Assembly: GCA_010365215.1 (NCBI GenBank)
Contig: JAAFGT010000023.1
Location: 30,613-94,612, forward strand
Length of the DNA stretch: 64,000 nt
Reading direction: 5' to 3'
DNA from: Acidipila sp.
GTDB taxonomy: Bacteria; Acidobacteriota; Terriglobia; Acidiferrales; UBA7541
The position numbers and the translations under genes are program-made. The notes below the pieces were generated by a model that saw nothing but the letters and a program-made list of their open reading frames with translations, had not been told where the DNA came from and did not search any database. Positions 19,415 through 28,995 of this stretch are shown here, piece after piece (the stretch's first letter is position 1; each line of letters opens with the position of its first letter).

Positions 19415-20215
19415 ATGTTCGCCATAATCTCCACTGCATTAATCATCAAGCTGACGCTGCTCCCTGCGATGATTGGTCTGCTGAGCCTGGCCGGCCGCCG
19501 GTGGGGCCCCACAGTTGCCGGCTGTCTGGTAGGCCTGCCGCTGACCTCCGGCCCGGTGATTCTGTTTCTGGCACTCGAGCAGGGCGCGCCCTTTGCGGCT
19601 GGTGCTGCGCAGGGCACGATCCTTGCGCTTATCTCACTGGCCGCGTTCTGTGTTGTATATGCCCGAATGTCGAGGCGCACTCCCTGGTTTCCTTGCCTTA
19701 CTGCTGGTTCCGCGGCGTATCTTGCAACTACTTTCATCCTCGAGCACCTGACGATTCCTCTCCCCCAGGCGTTTCTCGCCGCGGTGTTAATTCTTGCCGC
19801 GGCCTTATACCTGCTCCCAGATGATTTAGCGCGTGCCGTGGCATCGCATCCGCCGGCATGGGAAATTCCGGTGCGTATGCTGACGTCCGCTGCCATCGTC
19901 ATCGCGCTTACAGCGGCGGCGCATTCGCTCGGCCCGCGTTTAAGCGGCTTGCTCACGCCTTTTCCCGTGGCCGCCAGCATATTGGCCGGATTTACTCACC
20001 ATTTCGAAGGGGCGGCGGCCGCCGTGCGTCTGCTCCGAGGACTGCTGGCAGGGCTCTTCTCCTTCGCGCTGTGCTTCCTGATAATTGCTTTGACGCTCGA
20101 GTCGTGGGGCTTAACCTGGTCGTTCAGCATTGCACTGCTGGCAGCGGTGGCGGTGCAAGGGGCTTCGCTGTGGGTTTTGGCCAGTCGCGCCCGCAACGGC
20201 CAGGCAATCTGCTAA
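19415..20215 (+). CDS. Hypothetical polytopic membrane protein
   Basis: 266 aa with about 8 hydrophobic helices. Its ATG directly follows the TAA of the preceding gene (TAAATG). Confidence 0.6.
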   Translation: MFAIISTALIIKLTLLPAMIGLLSLAGRRWGPTVAGCLVGLPLTSGPVILFLALEQGAPFAAGAAQGTILALISLAAFCVVYARMSRRTPWFPCLTAGSAAYLATTFILEHLTIPLPQAFLAAVLILAAALYLLPDDLARAVASHPPAWEIPVRMLTSAAIVIALTAAAHSLGPRLSGLLTPFPVAASILAGFTHHFEGAAAAVRLLRGLLAGLFSFALCFLIIALTLESWGLTWSFSIALLAAVAVQGASLWVLASRARNGQAIC

Positions 20216-20306
20216 AATTAAAACTCCGGATTTATAACGAAGAGAAGTGCGCGGCATCAAAGTACAGGGGACCACTCTCCGGCGCTTTACGGGCCGAACA
20301 CCGATC

Positions 20307-21287
20307 ATGGCTTCCAAGGCATCTCAAACCGCTGACGTTTTGCCCGTGGCCGCCCTCGGCCAGTCAGTGCTGGAGCGAATCGGGCACACGCCGCTACTGC
20401 GTCTCGAGCGCATTCTAGGCGATTGTCCCCAGGTCACCCTGTGCGCGAAAGCCGAGTGGTACAACCCCGGCGGTTCGGTGAAGGATCGCGCAGCGCTTTA
20501 TATGATCCGCGAAGGCGAGCGGCGCGGCGCGCTGCAAAAATCAAAAATTATTCTCGACTCCACCAGCGGCAACACCGGAATCGCTTACGCCATGATCGGC
20601 GCGGTTCTGGGTTACCGCGTGAAGCTGTGCCTGCCGGCGGGCGCCTCACCCGAACGCAAGCGCATCCTCAAAGCTTACGGCGCGGAATTGGTATTCACGC
20701 CCGCCGACGAGGGCTCCGACGGCGCCCTTCGCCGCGTGCGAGAGATTTACGCCGCTGATTCTGAAAAATATTTCTATCCCGACCAGTACAGCAATCCGGC
20801 CAACTGGCAAGCGCACTACGAAACCACGGCGCTGGAAATCTGGGAGCAGACCGCCGGCCGAGTGACCCACTTCGTCGCTGGTCTCGGCACCAGCGGCACA
20901 TTCGTGGGGACCTCACGACGCCTCAAAGAACTGAACCCTGCGATCCGCTGCATCAGCCTGGAGCCGGACTCGCCGTTTAACGGCTTGGAGGGTTGGAAGC
21001 ACATGGCCTCGGCGATCGTGCCGGCAATTTACGATTCGTCCGTGGCCGACGAAGCCCTGGCGATTCACACGGAAGACGCCTACCGCATGGTAAAACGCAT
21101 GGCGCGGGAGGAGGCCATGCTGGTGAGCATCAGCGCCGGCGCCGCACTGCAAGGCTGCCGGCAGGTTGCGACCGCGTTGCCGCGCGACACCCGCGCTGTG
21201 ATCGTCACCGTGCTGGCCGATTCGGGCGAGAAGTATCTGAACGAAAGATTTTGGGAAGACAACCAGGGATCTGCCATTGCCTCTTAG
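20307..21287 (+). CDS. cysM: Cysteine synthase, CysM type (PLP-dependent, probably uses a CysO thiocarboxylate)
   Basis: Has GHTPLLRL, NPGGSVKDRAAL (PLP lysine) and STSGNTGIAYA. Start trimmed to MASKASQ (ATG 20307). Confidence 0.9.
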   Translation: MASKASQTADVLPVAALGQSVLERIGHTPLLRLERILGDCPQVTLCAKAEWYNPGGSVKDRAALYMIREGERRGALQKSKIILDSTSGNTGIAYAMIGAVLGYRVKLCLPAGASPERKRILKAYGAELVFTPADEGSDGALRRVREIYAADSEKYFYPDQYSNPANWQAHYETTALEIWEQTAGRVTHFVAGLGTSGTFVGTSRRLKELNPAIRCISLEPDSPFNGLEGWKHMASAIVPAIYDSSVADEALAIHTEDAYRMVKRMAREEAMLVSISAGAALQGCRQVATALPRDTRAVIVTVLADSGEKYLNERFWEDNQGSAIAS

Positions 21288-21714
21288 AATAAATTCCGAG
21301 CTCGCCGAGCGCATCCGCGCGCACGGCTCCGAGGGCTACCCGAATGAAATCTGCGGAGCGCTGCTGGGCCGCGATGACGGTGAAATCCGCGATGTGCTCG
21401 CGCTCTTCCCGCTGCAGAATCAGCGGGAGGACTCTCCGCACAACCGCTTTTCCATCACTTCCGGAGATGTGCGCCGCGCCGAGCGCTCCGCGCAAGAGCA
21501 ACAACTCGACGTGCTGGGCTGGTATCATTCCCATCCCGATCATCCAGCGCGTCCCAGCGAATTTGACCGCGAGCACGCCTGGCCCGGCTATAGTTACGTG
21601 ATCCTGAGCGTTGCCGCGCGCCAGCCGGCTGCGATGACTTCCTGGAGGCTCTTCGACGACCGTTCGGGATACCAGGAAGAGACCATCGTGATTGCAGAGC
21701 GCGTCGCGCCTTAG
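21277..21714 (+). CDS. mec: JAMM/MPN+ metalloprotease (Mec+-like)
   Basis: Has EICGALLG and the JAMM motif GWYHSHPDHPARPSEFD. TTG start, overlapping the cysM end by 11 nt. Confidence 0.85.
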   Translation: MPLRINSELAERIRAHGSEGYPNEICGALLGRDDGEIRDVLALFPLQNQREDSPHNRFSITSGDVRRAERSAQEQQLDVLGWYHSHPDHPARPSEFDREHAWPGYSYVILSVAARQPAAMTSWRLFDDRSGYQEETIVIAERVAP

Positions 21715-21783
21715 AAGAAACACCTGCGAGATTCTTTACCACGCGCGATTCTCAAGAGCGCTTTTCTTAAGAGGAGTTTAGCA

Positions 21784-22065
21784 ATGCCCGTGAAATTGAT
21801 TATCCCCACGCCGCTCCGGCCATACGCCGACAAGAAAGAGAGCGTCGAATTAAAGGCCGCAACCGTCGGGGAAGCACTCGATTCGCTCACCACGCAGCAC
21901 ACAGAACTTCGCCGCCATCTCTATTCCGACGATGGCCGCCTGCGCAGCTTCGTCAACGTCTATGTCAACGATGACGATATCCGCTACCTGCAGAAAGAAA
22001 ATACGCCCGTGCGGGATGGAGACACCATCAGCATTGTCCCTTCCATCGCCGGCGGCGCGCGGTAA
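21784..22065 (+). CDS. cysO: MoaD/ThiS-family sulfur-carrier protein (CysO-like) with a capped GG terminus
   Basis: 93 aa, beta-grasp sized, ending ...ISIVPSIAGGAR. An AAGAGGAG RBS lies upstream. Confidence 0.85.
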   Translation: MPVKLIIPTPLRPYADKKESVELKAATVGEALDSLTTQHTELRRHLYSDDGRLRSFVNVYVNDDDIRYLQKENTPVRDGDTISIVPSIAGGAR

Positions 22066-22085
22066 CCGGCGCGAAGGAGGATACG

Positions 22086-23264
22086 ATGCCTGCAAAAATA
22101 GAATCGCCGCTGCAAACTTCGCCGGTCAGCCTCTCGAAAGAAGAAGTGCTGCGCTATAGCCGGCATCTGATCATGCCCGAGGTGGGCATGGACGGGCAGC
22201 TCAAGCTCAAGCAGGCCAAGGTTCTGCTGGTGGGCACCGGTGGACTTGGCGCGCCACTGGGTCTTTACCTTGCCGCCGCAGGAGTTGGACGCCTCGGCCT
22301 GGTGGATTTCGACGTCGTGGATTTTACCAATCTCCAGCGCCAGGTAACCTTTGGCACGCGCGACGTCGGCCGCAAAAAACTTGAGGCCGCGAAAGAACGC
22401 CTGGCGGATCTGAATCCCCACATCCAGATCGACACCCACGAGGTGCAGCTCTCCAGCTCCAACGCGCTCGATATTCTCCGCGAGTACGACATTGTCGTCG
22501 ACGGTACCGACAATTTCCCTACGCGCTATCTGGTAAACGATGCTTGCGTTTTGCTGGGCAAGCCTAATGTCTACGGCTCGATCTTCCGCTTCGAAGGCCA
22601 AGCCTCCATCTTCGGGTTCCCCGGCGGCCCGTGTTATCGCTGCCTGTATCCTGAGCCGCCACCGCCCGGCCTGGTTCCTTCGTGCGCCGAAGGCGGCGTG
22701 CTCGGTGTATTGCCTGGGATTATCGGATCGCTCCAGGCGATGGAGACGATCAAGCTCATCATCGGGAAAGGCCGCACACTAGTAGGGCGTCTGCTGCTGT
22801 TCGACGCGCTGGAGATGCGCTTCCGTGAGCTGAAGCTCCGCAAAAATCGCGACTGCCCGCTCTGCGGCGACCATCCCACGATTACCGCGCTCATCGATTA
22901 CCAGGAATTCTGCGGCCTTCGCGGCCAGGAGGCTCAACCCAGGATGGACGTTCCCGAAATCACGCCACGCCAGCTCAAGACCCGTCTTGATCGCGGCGAC
23001 GATCTGTACATCCTCGATGTCCGCGAGCCGCACGAGTTTCAGATCTGTAATCTCAACGGCCATCTGATCCCGCTGGGCGATCTGCCGCGCCGCGTCAATG
23101 AGCTCGACACCGCCCGCGAAATCGTGGCCCACTGCCGCAGCGGCAAACGCTCCGCCGATGCGGTAGCGTTCCTCCAGCAAGCAGGCTTCAAGAAAATCTG
23201 GAACTTAAAAGGCGGTATTCTGGCGTGGTCGGACGAAGTGGATCCCCGCGTCCCGAAGTACTAA
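22086..23264 (+). CDS. moeZ: Adenylyltransferase/sulfurtransferase MoeZ (E1-like domain plus rhodanese domain)
   Basis: Has LLVGTGGLGAP, the Zn motifs CYRC...CAEGG and DCPLCG, and a C-terminal rhodanese active site HCRSGKRS. Confidence 0.9.
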   Translation: MPAKIESPLQTSPVSLSKEEVLRYSRHLIMPEVGMDGQLKLKQAKVLLVGTGGLGAPLGLYLAAAGVGRLGLVDFDVVDFTNLQRQVTFGTRDVGRKKLEAAKERLADLNPHIQIDTHEVQLSSSNALDILREYDIVVDGTDNFPTRYLVNDACVLLGKPNVYGSIFRFEGQASIFGFPGGPCYRCLYPEPPPPGLVPSCAEGGVLGVLPGIIGSLQAMETIKLIIGKGRTLVGRLLLFDALEMRFRELKLRKNRDCPLCGDHPTITALIDYQEFCGLRGQEAQPRMDVPEITPRQLKTRLDRGDDLYILDVREPHEFQICNLNGHLIPLGDLPRRVNELDTAREIVAHCRSGKRSADAVAFLQQAGFKKIWNLKGGILAWSDEVDPRVPKY

Positions 23265-23310
23265 GTCAGGATAATCGCTGTTTCGGCCGTTGCTCGCGCG
23301 TAGGTGCATT

Positions 23311-23375
23311 GAATTGCCTGGCGTTGAATTCCCGGTCGAATTGCCAGGCATGAAATTGCCAGAACTGGAATTGCG
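23311..23375. repeat. Array of five GAATTGCC-like octamers at 12-16 bp spacing, with an embedded 8-bp inverted repeat
   Basis: The five copies are GAATTGCC (23311), GAATTCCC (23326), GAATTGCC (23338), GAAATTGCC (23352) and GAATTGCG (23368). TGCCTGGC (23315-23322) pairs with GCCAGGCA (23343-23350). Confidence 0.6.
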
Positions 23376-23450
23376 AGACAAAGCGGCCTTTATCCGTGCT
23401 ACTTTGCTTGACTACAAGCCAGCATGAATTCTGCACACTGAGAGGCTTTG

Positions 23451-23684
23451 ATGGCAGACACAAAGATCACCCCTCTACCCAACGGCCCGCTGCGCGTCGA
23501 GGGCAATTTCGAGGTCGCCGATGCTAGCGGGAAATTGTATGGCCTGGCCGGCAGAACCACCATTTCATTCTGTCGCTGCGGCCACTCCGCCACCAAACCA
23601 TTTTGCGATGGCGCCCACAAGACCGCCGGATTCCAGGATTCGAGTACCGCGCGAGACCTTCCGCCGCCTAAGCCAAAGCCTTAG
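23451..23684 (+). CDS. CDGSH iron-sulfur domain protein
   Basis: Has CRCGHSATKPFCDGAHK (CDGSH-type 2Fe-2S motif). GAGAGG lies 5 nt upstream of ATG 23451. Confidence 0.8.
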   Translation: MADTKITPLPNGPLRVEGNFEVADASGKLYGLAGRTTISFCRCGHSATKPFCDGAHKTAGFQDSSTARDLPPPKPKP

Positions 23685-23848
23685 CTATAACTGTAGGCCG
23701 GTCGGCGGAGATTGGAAGCGCGTGTTCCGCCGCCTGGAAAACGCGTACGCGTGAAACGAATGATTAGGCCCGCTCGTCTTATTTACTGCTCGTCTCATTA
23801 CTGTGCCAGGACCGAAATGACTTCATGGAATCTGCGAGGTAACCGCCA

Positions 23849-25903
23849 ATGCGCCCACTAAGACTGTGCTACGCGACTTTTGCCGCCATTCTATTGCTCA
23901 TGGCGTGGACCGCGTTCTCGCCCGCGCACCGCACCGCTGCGGCCAGCGAAGGCCATGGCGTCAAGGTGGCCGCCATGGATACCACCTGCAAGCCTTGCGA
24001 CGATTTCTACAAGTATGCCAACGGAAACTGGACGCCCGCCAACCCGATCCCGGCCGCCTATCCCAGTTGGGGAAGTTTCACGCTGCTCGCGGAAAAGAAC
24101 CGCGACACGCTGCACCATATCCTCGAAGACGCCGCGAAAAACGTCAGCGCACCCGCCGGTTCCCCCACGCGCAAAATCGGCGATTTCTATGCAAGCTGCA
24201 TGGACGAACCCAACATCGAGAGCGCCGGCGTCACTCCCCTGGTTCCGGAAATGTCGCGCATCGATAAGATTGCCGATCTAGCCGGCCTCCAGTCGGAGAT
24301 AGCCCGGCTGCAAGCTCGCGGCGTAAGAGTTCTGTTCGCGTTTGGCTCGGCGCAAGACAGAAAAGACAGCACGCAGGTCATCGGTTTCGCCGCGCAGGGC
24401 GGTCTGGGACTTCCTGATCGCGACTACTACACCAAGACCGACGACAAATCCAAGCTGCTTCGCGACCAGTATGTTGCGCACGTCGCCAAAATGTTCGCAC
24501 TTCTGGGTGATGACGCCGCCCGCGCCGACAACGAAGCCGCTACCGTGTTGCAGATCGAGAAGAAGCTCGCCGAAGTCTCCATGACGCGCGTCGAGCGCCG
24601 TGATCCCGACGCCACCTATCACCGCATGACGCCCGCGGAACTGAAGACGCTTACGCCGGACTTTTCCTGGTCCAGTTATTTCCACGAGATCGGTGCTCCC
24701 GGCATTGCTGCAGTGAATGTCGCGCAGCCGGAGTTTTTTAAGAAGGTGGACAGCTACCTTTCCACCATTCCGCTGGCGGACTGGAAAGTTTATCTGCGCT
24801 GGCGCCTGATAGACGCCGCCGCGCCCGGGCTGTCATCCAAGTTTGTCGATGAGGACTTCAATTTCGGAGGCCGCATTCTCCAGGGCACCACGGAAATTCT
24901 CCCGCGCTGGCAGCGTTGTGTTAGAGCCACCGATCAGGAACTCGGCGAAGCGGTCGGTGAAGTTTACGTGAACAAGGCGTTCTCCCCCGAAGCCAAGGTC
25001 AGGGCCCAGCAAATGGTCCACAACCTCATCGCCGCGCTGCGTGAGGATCTCAGCACGCTTACCTGGATGGGACCCGAAACGCGCAAAGCTGCTATCGCCA
25101 AGCTCGACGCCTTCTCGCCGAAAATCGGTTACCCCGACAAGTGGCGCGATTACTCCGCCTATCGCGTTGACCGTCGCTCCTATTTTCAAAATGTCCTGGA
25201 AGGCAATCGATTCGAATTTGATCGCAATCTCGCGCAGATCGGCAAGCCCGTAGACCGGGCCGAGTGGGGCATGACGCCGCCCACCGTGAATGCCTATTAC
25301 AACCCTTCCCTCAACGAGATTGTTTTCCCGGCAGGAATCCTTCAGCCTCCGTTTTTCGACCCCCTGGCCGATGACGCAGCCAACTACGGCGGAATCGGCG
25401 CGGTTATCGGGCACGAAATGACCCACGGCTTCGACGATCAGGGCCGCAAGTTTGATGCCCAGGGCAATCTCAAGAACTGGTGGACGCCGGATGACCTGAA
25501 GAACTATACGCAACGCGCAGACTGCGTCGAAAAACAGTTCGACGCCTATGTTGTGCAGGGCAATCTGCACGAGAACGGCAAACTCGTGCTCGGAGAAAGC
25601 ATTGCCGACCTGGGCGGTCTCTCCATCGCCTACAACGCCTTCCAGATCAGCTTGCGCGGCAAGCAGCACCCTGCGCTCATTGACGGCCTCACCGCCGAGC
25701 AGCGCTTTTTCGTCGCCTGGGCGCAGGTATGGGCGCAGAACAACCGGCCGGAGTACGAGCGGCTGATCATTAACACCAATCCACATCCGCTCGGTCCTTT
25801 CCGGGCGATTGGCGCCCCTTCTAATATTCCTGCTTTCGCCGAGGCCTTCTCATGCCATGGGGGCGATACGATGGTGCGCGCAGAACACTGCCAGATCTGG
25901 TAG
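23849..25903 (+). CDS. M13 family zinc metallopeptidase (neprilysin/PepO-like), secreted
   Basis: 684 aa with a signal peptide. Has NAYYNPSLNEIVFPAGILQ, the zincin motif VIGHEMTHGFD, GESIADLGG and a C-terminal ...CQIW. Confidence 0.9.
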   Translation: MRPLRLCYATFAAILLLMAWTAFSPAHRTAAASEGHGVKVAAMDTTCKPCDDFYKYANGNWTPANPIPAAYPSWGSFTLLAEKNRDTLHHILEDAAKNVSAPAGSPTRKIGDFYASCMDEPNIESAGVTPLVPEMSRIDKIADLAGLQSEIARLQARGVRVLFAFGSAQDRKDSTQVIGFAAQGGLGLPDRDYYTKTDDKSKLLRDQYVAHVAKMFALLGDDAARADNEAATVLQIEKKLAEVSMTRVERRDPDATYHRMTPAELKTLTPDFSWSSYFHEIGAPGIAAVNVAQPEFFKKVDSYLSTIPLADWKVYLRWRLIDAAAPGLSSKFVDEDFNFGGRILQGTTEILPRWQRCVRATDQELGEAVGEVYVNKAFSPEAKVRAQQMVHNLIAALREDLSTLTWMGPETRKAAIAKLDAFSPKIGYPDKWRDYSAYRVDRRSYFQNVLEGNRFEFDRNLAQIGKPVDRAEWGMTPPTVNAYYNPSLNEIVFPAGILQPPFFDPLADDAANYGGIGAVIGHEMTHGFDDQGRKFDAQGNLKNWWTPDDLKNYTQRADCVEKQFDAYVVQGNLHENGKLVLGESIADLGGLSIAYNAFQISLRGKQHPALIDGLTAEQRFFVAWAQVWAQNNRPEYERLIINTNPHPLGPFRAIGAPSNIPAFAEAFSCHGGDTMVRAEHCQIW

Positions 25904-26164
25904 CGGAATTCTGGAACGACGTTTATTCGAACGAAAGTGCCCGCCCGACCGGGCCTTCCTACTGGCTCGGCGAAAGAACTGCTTCGGGACGCGTAGGCGC
26001 ACCTTCTTATTTGGCACCAAACCGGTTCCTTTTTGGGAACTACCGTTAAAACTCTCATGTACTTTCCCCCGTGGGGTAGAGCACGATGCAGCAGTTAGAA
26101 ACGGCGTAAATCGCTCATATCTCCGAGATCGCCGACCAGTTCATGTTATGAAGGGGTTGCGGCA

Positions 26165-26497
26165 ATGAAAGTCACAGCTACTCCGCGACGCGAGAGCCGG
26201 GTACCCATGGCCATTGCCGTCCAACTGGGCGGCCACACGGACATGCCGGGGATCGAAACGACGTTCACCGAGAATGTCAGCTCTCAGGGGGCACGCGTCC
26301 ACTCCGTCCGCCCGTGGCGGAAGAACGAACGTCTGTGGCTGGCCTCACTGCCCGGGGGGTTCCGCTCTCAAGCCAGAGTCGCCTATTGCGAGAGGCAGCG
26401 GGGAAGCGGTTTCGCCGTGGGCTTGGAATTTCTCGAGGCAACGAGTGGCTGGGTGATCGAACCCGCGTCTGCTCCCGAAGAAGCTGGCCCGCGCTAA
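26165..26497 (+). CDS. PilZ domain protein (putative c-di-GMP receptor)
   Basis: 110 aa. Has an RxxxR-type motif (PRRESRVP) followed by an N-x-S-x-x-G motif (ENVSSQGARV). Confidence 0.6.
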   Translation: MKVTATPRRESRVPMAIAVQLGGHTDMPGIETTFTENVSSQGARVHSVRPWRKNERLWLASLPGGFRSQARVAYCERQRGSGFAVGLEFLEATSGWVIEPASAPEEAGPR

Positions 26498-26560
26498 CCC
26501 GCACAATAATCAGACCATCCGGAAAATTTTACGTCTGTACGTTGGATTGCCCTGCGCAGA

Positions 26561-28786
26561 CTATTCGAGTGTGAGTGAAAAGCCGAGTTGTGATGCGTCG
26601 TGAGGCATCCCGCGAAAGCGAGTATCGACGCGCAAAGTTTTAGCCTGGTTCGTCGCAAAATCTCCCGAAATACGCCTCTGCATTCCGGTCTTCGAGTCCA
26701 AGTTTCCGAGGTAAACCCTCAAAGTGTGCGCACCGGGGAGCACCTGCCTCTGCTCGCTGATACGCCCAAAGCCTGCATTGCCGATCCGTTTCTGGTGGAA
26801 AATAGGCTTGTTGTCTACCCAAACGATGATGTCCGCGAAGTTTGGCATATTCGGAACGGCAATTTGAATCGTCGCCGGACCGCTCTGCGGCTCTCGGGTG
26901 GCCCGCGCGGAGGAGGTTGCCTCGGCAGCGTTGGCTCCCGGTACCTTCTTCCCGCCAGCCACGCTGTTCATAGCGGCGTCCACATGTGGGGATTTCAGAT
27001 CGCGTGCGGTGAGCCTTGTCGTTCGCGGTGCTCCCAGCGGCCCGAGCCTGGCTAACTCCTGCTCGTTCATTTTCAATCGCAAAGCGCCGGCATTGTCCGT
27101 ACGCAGCAGCAATACTTTGTCCGCACCCACCAAAATCTTGTGCCCGGCTTTCAGCAGACGGCTCACCCCGGCTCGGTCATCCGGCTGGATTTCAACGGTC
27201 GCTGCTGCGATGGCATTCACTTCCAGTCTTAGAGCGTAGTGGCTAACGTCCGGCAACGGCGGCTCGGCTGGTTCACGTACCTTTTCGATTTTGGGTTGCC
27301 CCCGCGGTTGGGGTAACGGATCGTGCGTTGCCGCAGTCTTTACGGCGTGTTCCTCAGCCACTGCCTGCGTGGCCGTTTCTTTGTTTTCCGCGGCGACGCT
27401 GGCCGCTGCGGCGGCCTTCAGTTTTACGGCGGCGTCCCGCTGAGCGGTGCCCTGCTGCGCGGCCAGATTGGCCGCTGCCGTGGCTTCCTCTTTCTTCTTT
27501 TTTGCGAAACTGGCACCCCACAAAATGGCGAGAATCAGCAATATCGCCGCCCCAGCCATCCAACGGCCCGAACCCCCCGATCGAGGACGATTCGGAGGCC
27601 ACCGCGCAGGCTTCAGCCCTGCGCCATCCCTTCGAGATTCCGAGCTGCCCGTGCCCGTCCTCGGCGCAGGTGGCGCGATGGCTTCACCTGACTTTACGGA
27701 TGCAGCCGTTGCTTTCATCTCCGCTCTGATCGAGGTCGAAGCAGCGCTCGATCCGGCACTAACGGGTGCACTTGGCTGGAAGGCCGAGCCGGCACCGCCG
27801 GGCGCGCTAATTCTCTCGATCTGTTCAGTCACTCCCAAAGCGCGAGTTTCCTGGTTACCGGCCAATCCAACGCTTGCGCTTTTCCCGGCTAGCCGAACCG
27901 TAGCCGCCGGGTCAGACGCCGGGGGCGCCGTCGCAGCCATAGCGGAAATCTGCCCAGGTCCGGTTCGCCCCTCGCGCAAGTTCCCCAGATCCTGCGCCAG
28001 CAATTCGCCGCTCTGGTAGCGCTTCGCCGGATCTTTTTGCAGGCACCGCAGAATCACGCTTTCAAATGCCGGCGAGATAGCCGGATTCAGTGCTCGTGGC
28101 GGGATGGGCTCGGTGTGAACGATCTGGTAGGAGACCGCCGTTATCGTCTCGCCGGCGAAGGGCTTGTCGCCGGTGGCCATCGAGTAAAGAACTACTCCCA
28201 GTGAGAACAGGTCCGAACGGCCATCGATTCCTGCCCCGGTGAACTGTTCCGGGGCCATGAAAGCTGGAGTTCCTAAAAGCGCGCCGGTCGACGTAGCTTG
28301 CGAGGCGCTCAGCTTGGCGACGCCAAAATCGGTAATCTTCGCGCGCTCCGGCGCCTCTATTGTCAGCAGAATATTGGCCGGCTTGATGTCCCTGTGGATT
28401 ACTCCATTCTTGTGCGCGTAGGCGAGAGCCGTTCCGAGCTGTTGCCCGATCTCGTAGGTACGTTCGAGTGTGAAACGATTACCGCCCAGAAGCGCAGTTT
28501 CCAGCGTCCGACTGGGGACAAACTCCATCACCAGATACGGTGTGCCTTCCTGCACGCCCACGTCGTACACCGTTACTACGCCGGGGTGCGAGAGGCGTCC
28601 TGCGGCGCGAGCCTCGCGCTTGAAGCGCTCGCGGTATTCCTCCGCCTGCGGGCCGGCCAACGCCGCTGCCAGGATCGTCTTTATCGCCACTACCCGCTCC
28701 ACGATGGGGTCGTGCGCTTTATAGACGGCGCCCATGGCTCCGTGGCCGATCTCTTCGATAACCGTGTATCTTCCGAACTCTTTCAT
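26561..28786 (-). CDS. Serine/threonine protein kinase, membrane-spanning, with a large extracytoplasmic C-terminal region
   Basis: Hanks kinase motifs GHGAMGAVYKA, VAIK, HRDIKPANILL, DFG and APE. These are followed by a low-complexity linker, a TM helix (AGAAILLILAILWGASFA) and about 300 aa of extracellular sequence. Confidence 0.9.
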   Translation of the reverse strand: MKEFGRYTVIEEIGHGAMGAVYKAHDPIVERVVAIKTILAAALAGPQAEEYRERFKREARAAGRLSHPGVVTVYDVGVQEGTPYLVMEFVPSRTLETALLGGNRFTLERTYEIGQQLGTALAYAHKNGVIHRDIKPANILLTIEAPERAKITDFGVAKLSASQATSTGALLGTPAFMAPEQFTGAGIDGRSDLFSLGVVLYSMATGDKPFAGETITAVSYQIVHTEPIPPRALNPAISPAFESVILRCLQKDPAKRYQSGELLAQDLGNLREGRTGPGQISAMAATAPPASDPAATVRLAGKSASVGLAGNQETRALGVTEQIERISAPGGAGSAFQPSAPVSAGSSAASTSIRAEMKATAASVKSGEAIAPPAPRTGTGSSESRRDGAGLKPARWPPNRPRSGGSGRWMAGAAILLILAILWGASFAKKKKEEATAAANLAAQQGTAQRDAAVKLKAAAAASVAAENKETATQAVAEEHAVKTAATHDPLPQPRGQPKIEKVREPAEPPLPDVSHYALRLEVNAIAAATVEIQPDDRAGVSRLLKAGHKILVGADKVLLLRTDNAGALRLKMNEQELARLGPLGAPRTTRLTARDLKSPHVDAAMNSVAGGKKVPGANAAEATSSARATREPQSGPATIQIAVPNMPNFADIIVWVDNKPIFHQKRIGNAGFGRISEQRQVLPGAHTLRVYLGNLDSKTGMQRRISGDFATNQAKTLRVDTRFRGMPHDASQLGFSLTLE

Positions 28787-28995
28787 GATGGTTTTGCGTG
28801 CACTCTAACATACGCAAACCCAGCGCCAGCGCACCAGTTGCAGCGGCCGTCGCGTAACGGTACAACCCTTAGCAACCTGAGTGAGCATGAGGAAAAAAGA
28901 AGAGAATGCGAGGTGAATTTAGATTGCGGACCTGCGTGGATCGTTCGTAGGGACACAGCGTACCGTGCCCGCTTACTGTGTGTACGCAGAACCCC

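Noticed and set aside
23266-23463. 65-aa minus-strand ORF with a repeated QF/WQF pattern
   Set aside because: The periodic peptide is simply the translation of the GAATTGCC octamer array. There is no RBS or homology, and the ORF overlaps the CDGSH start region.
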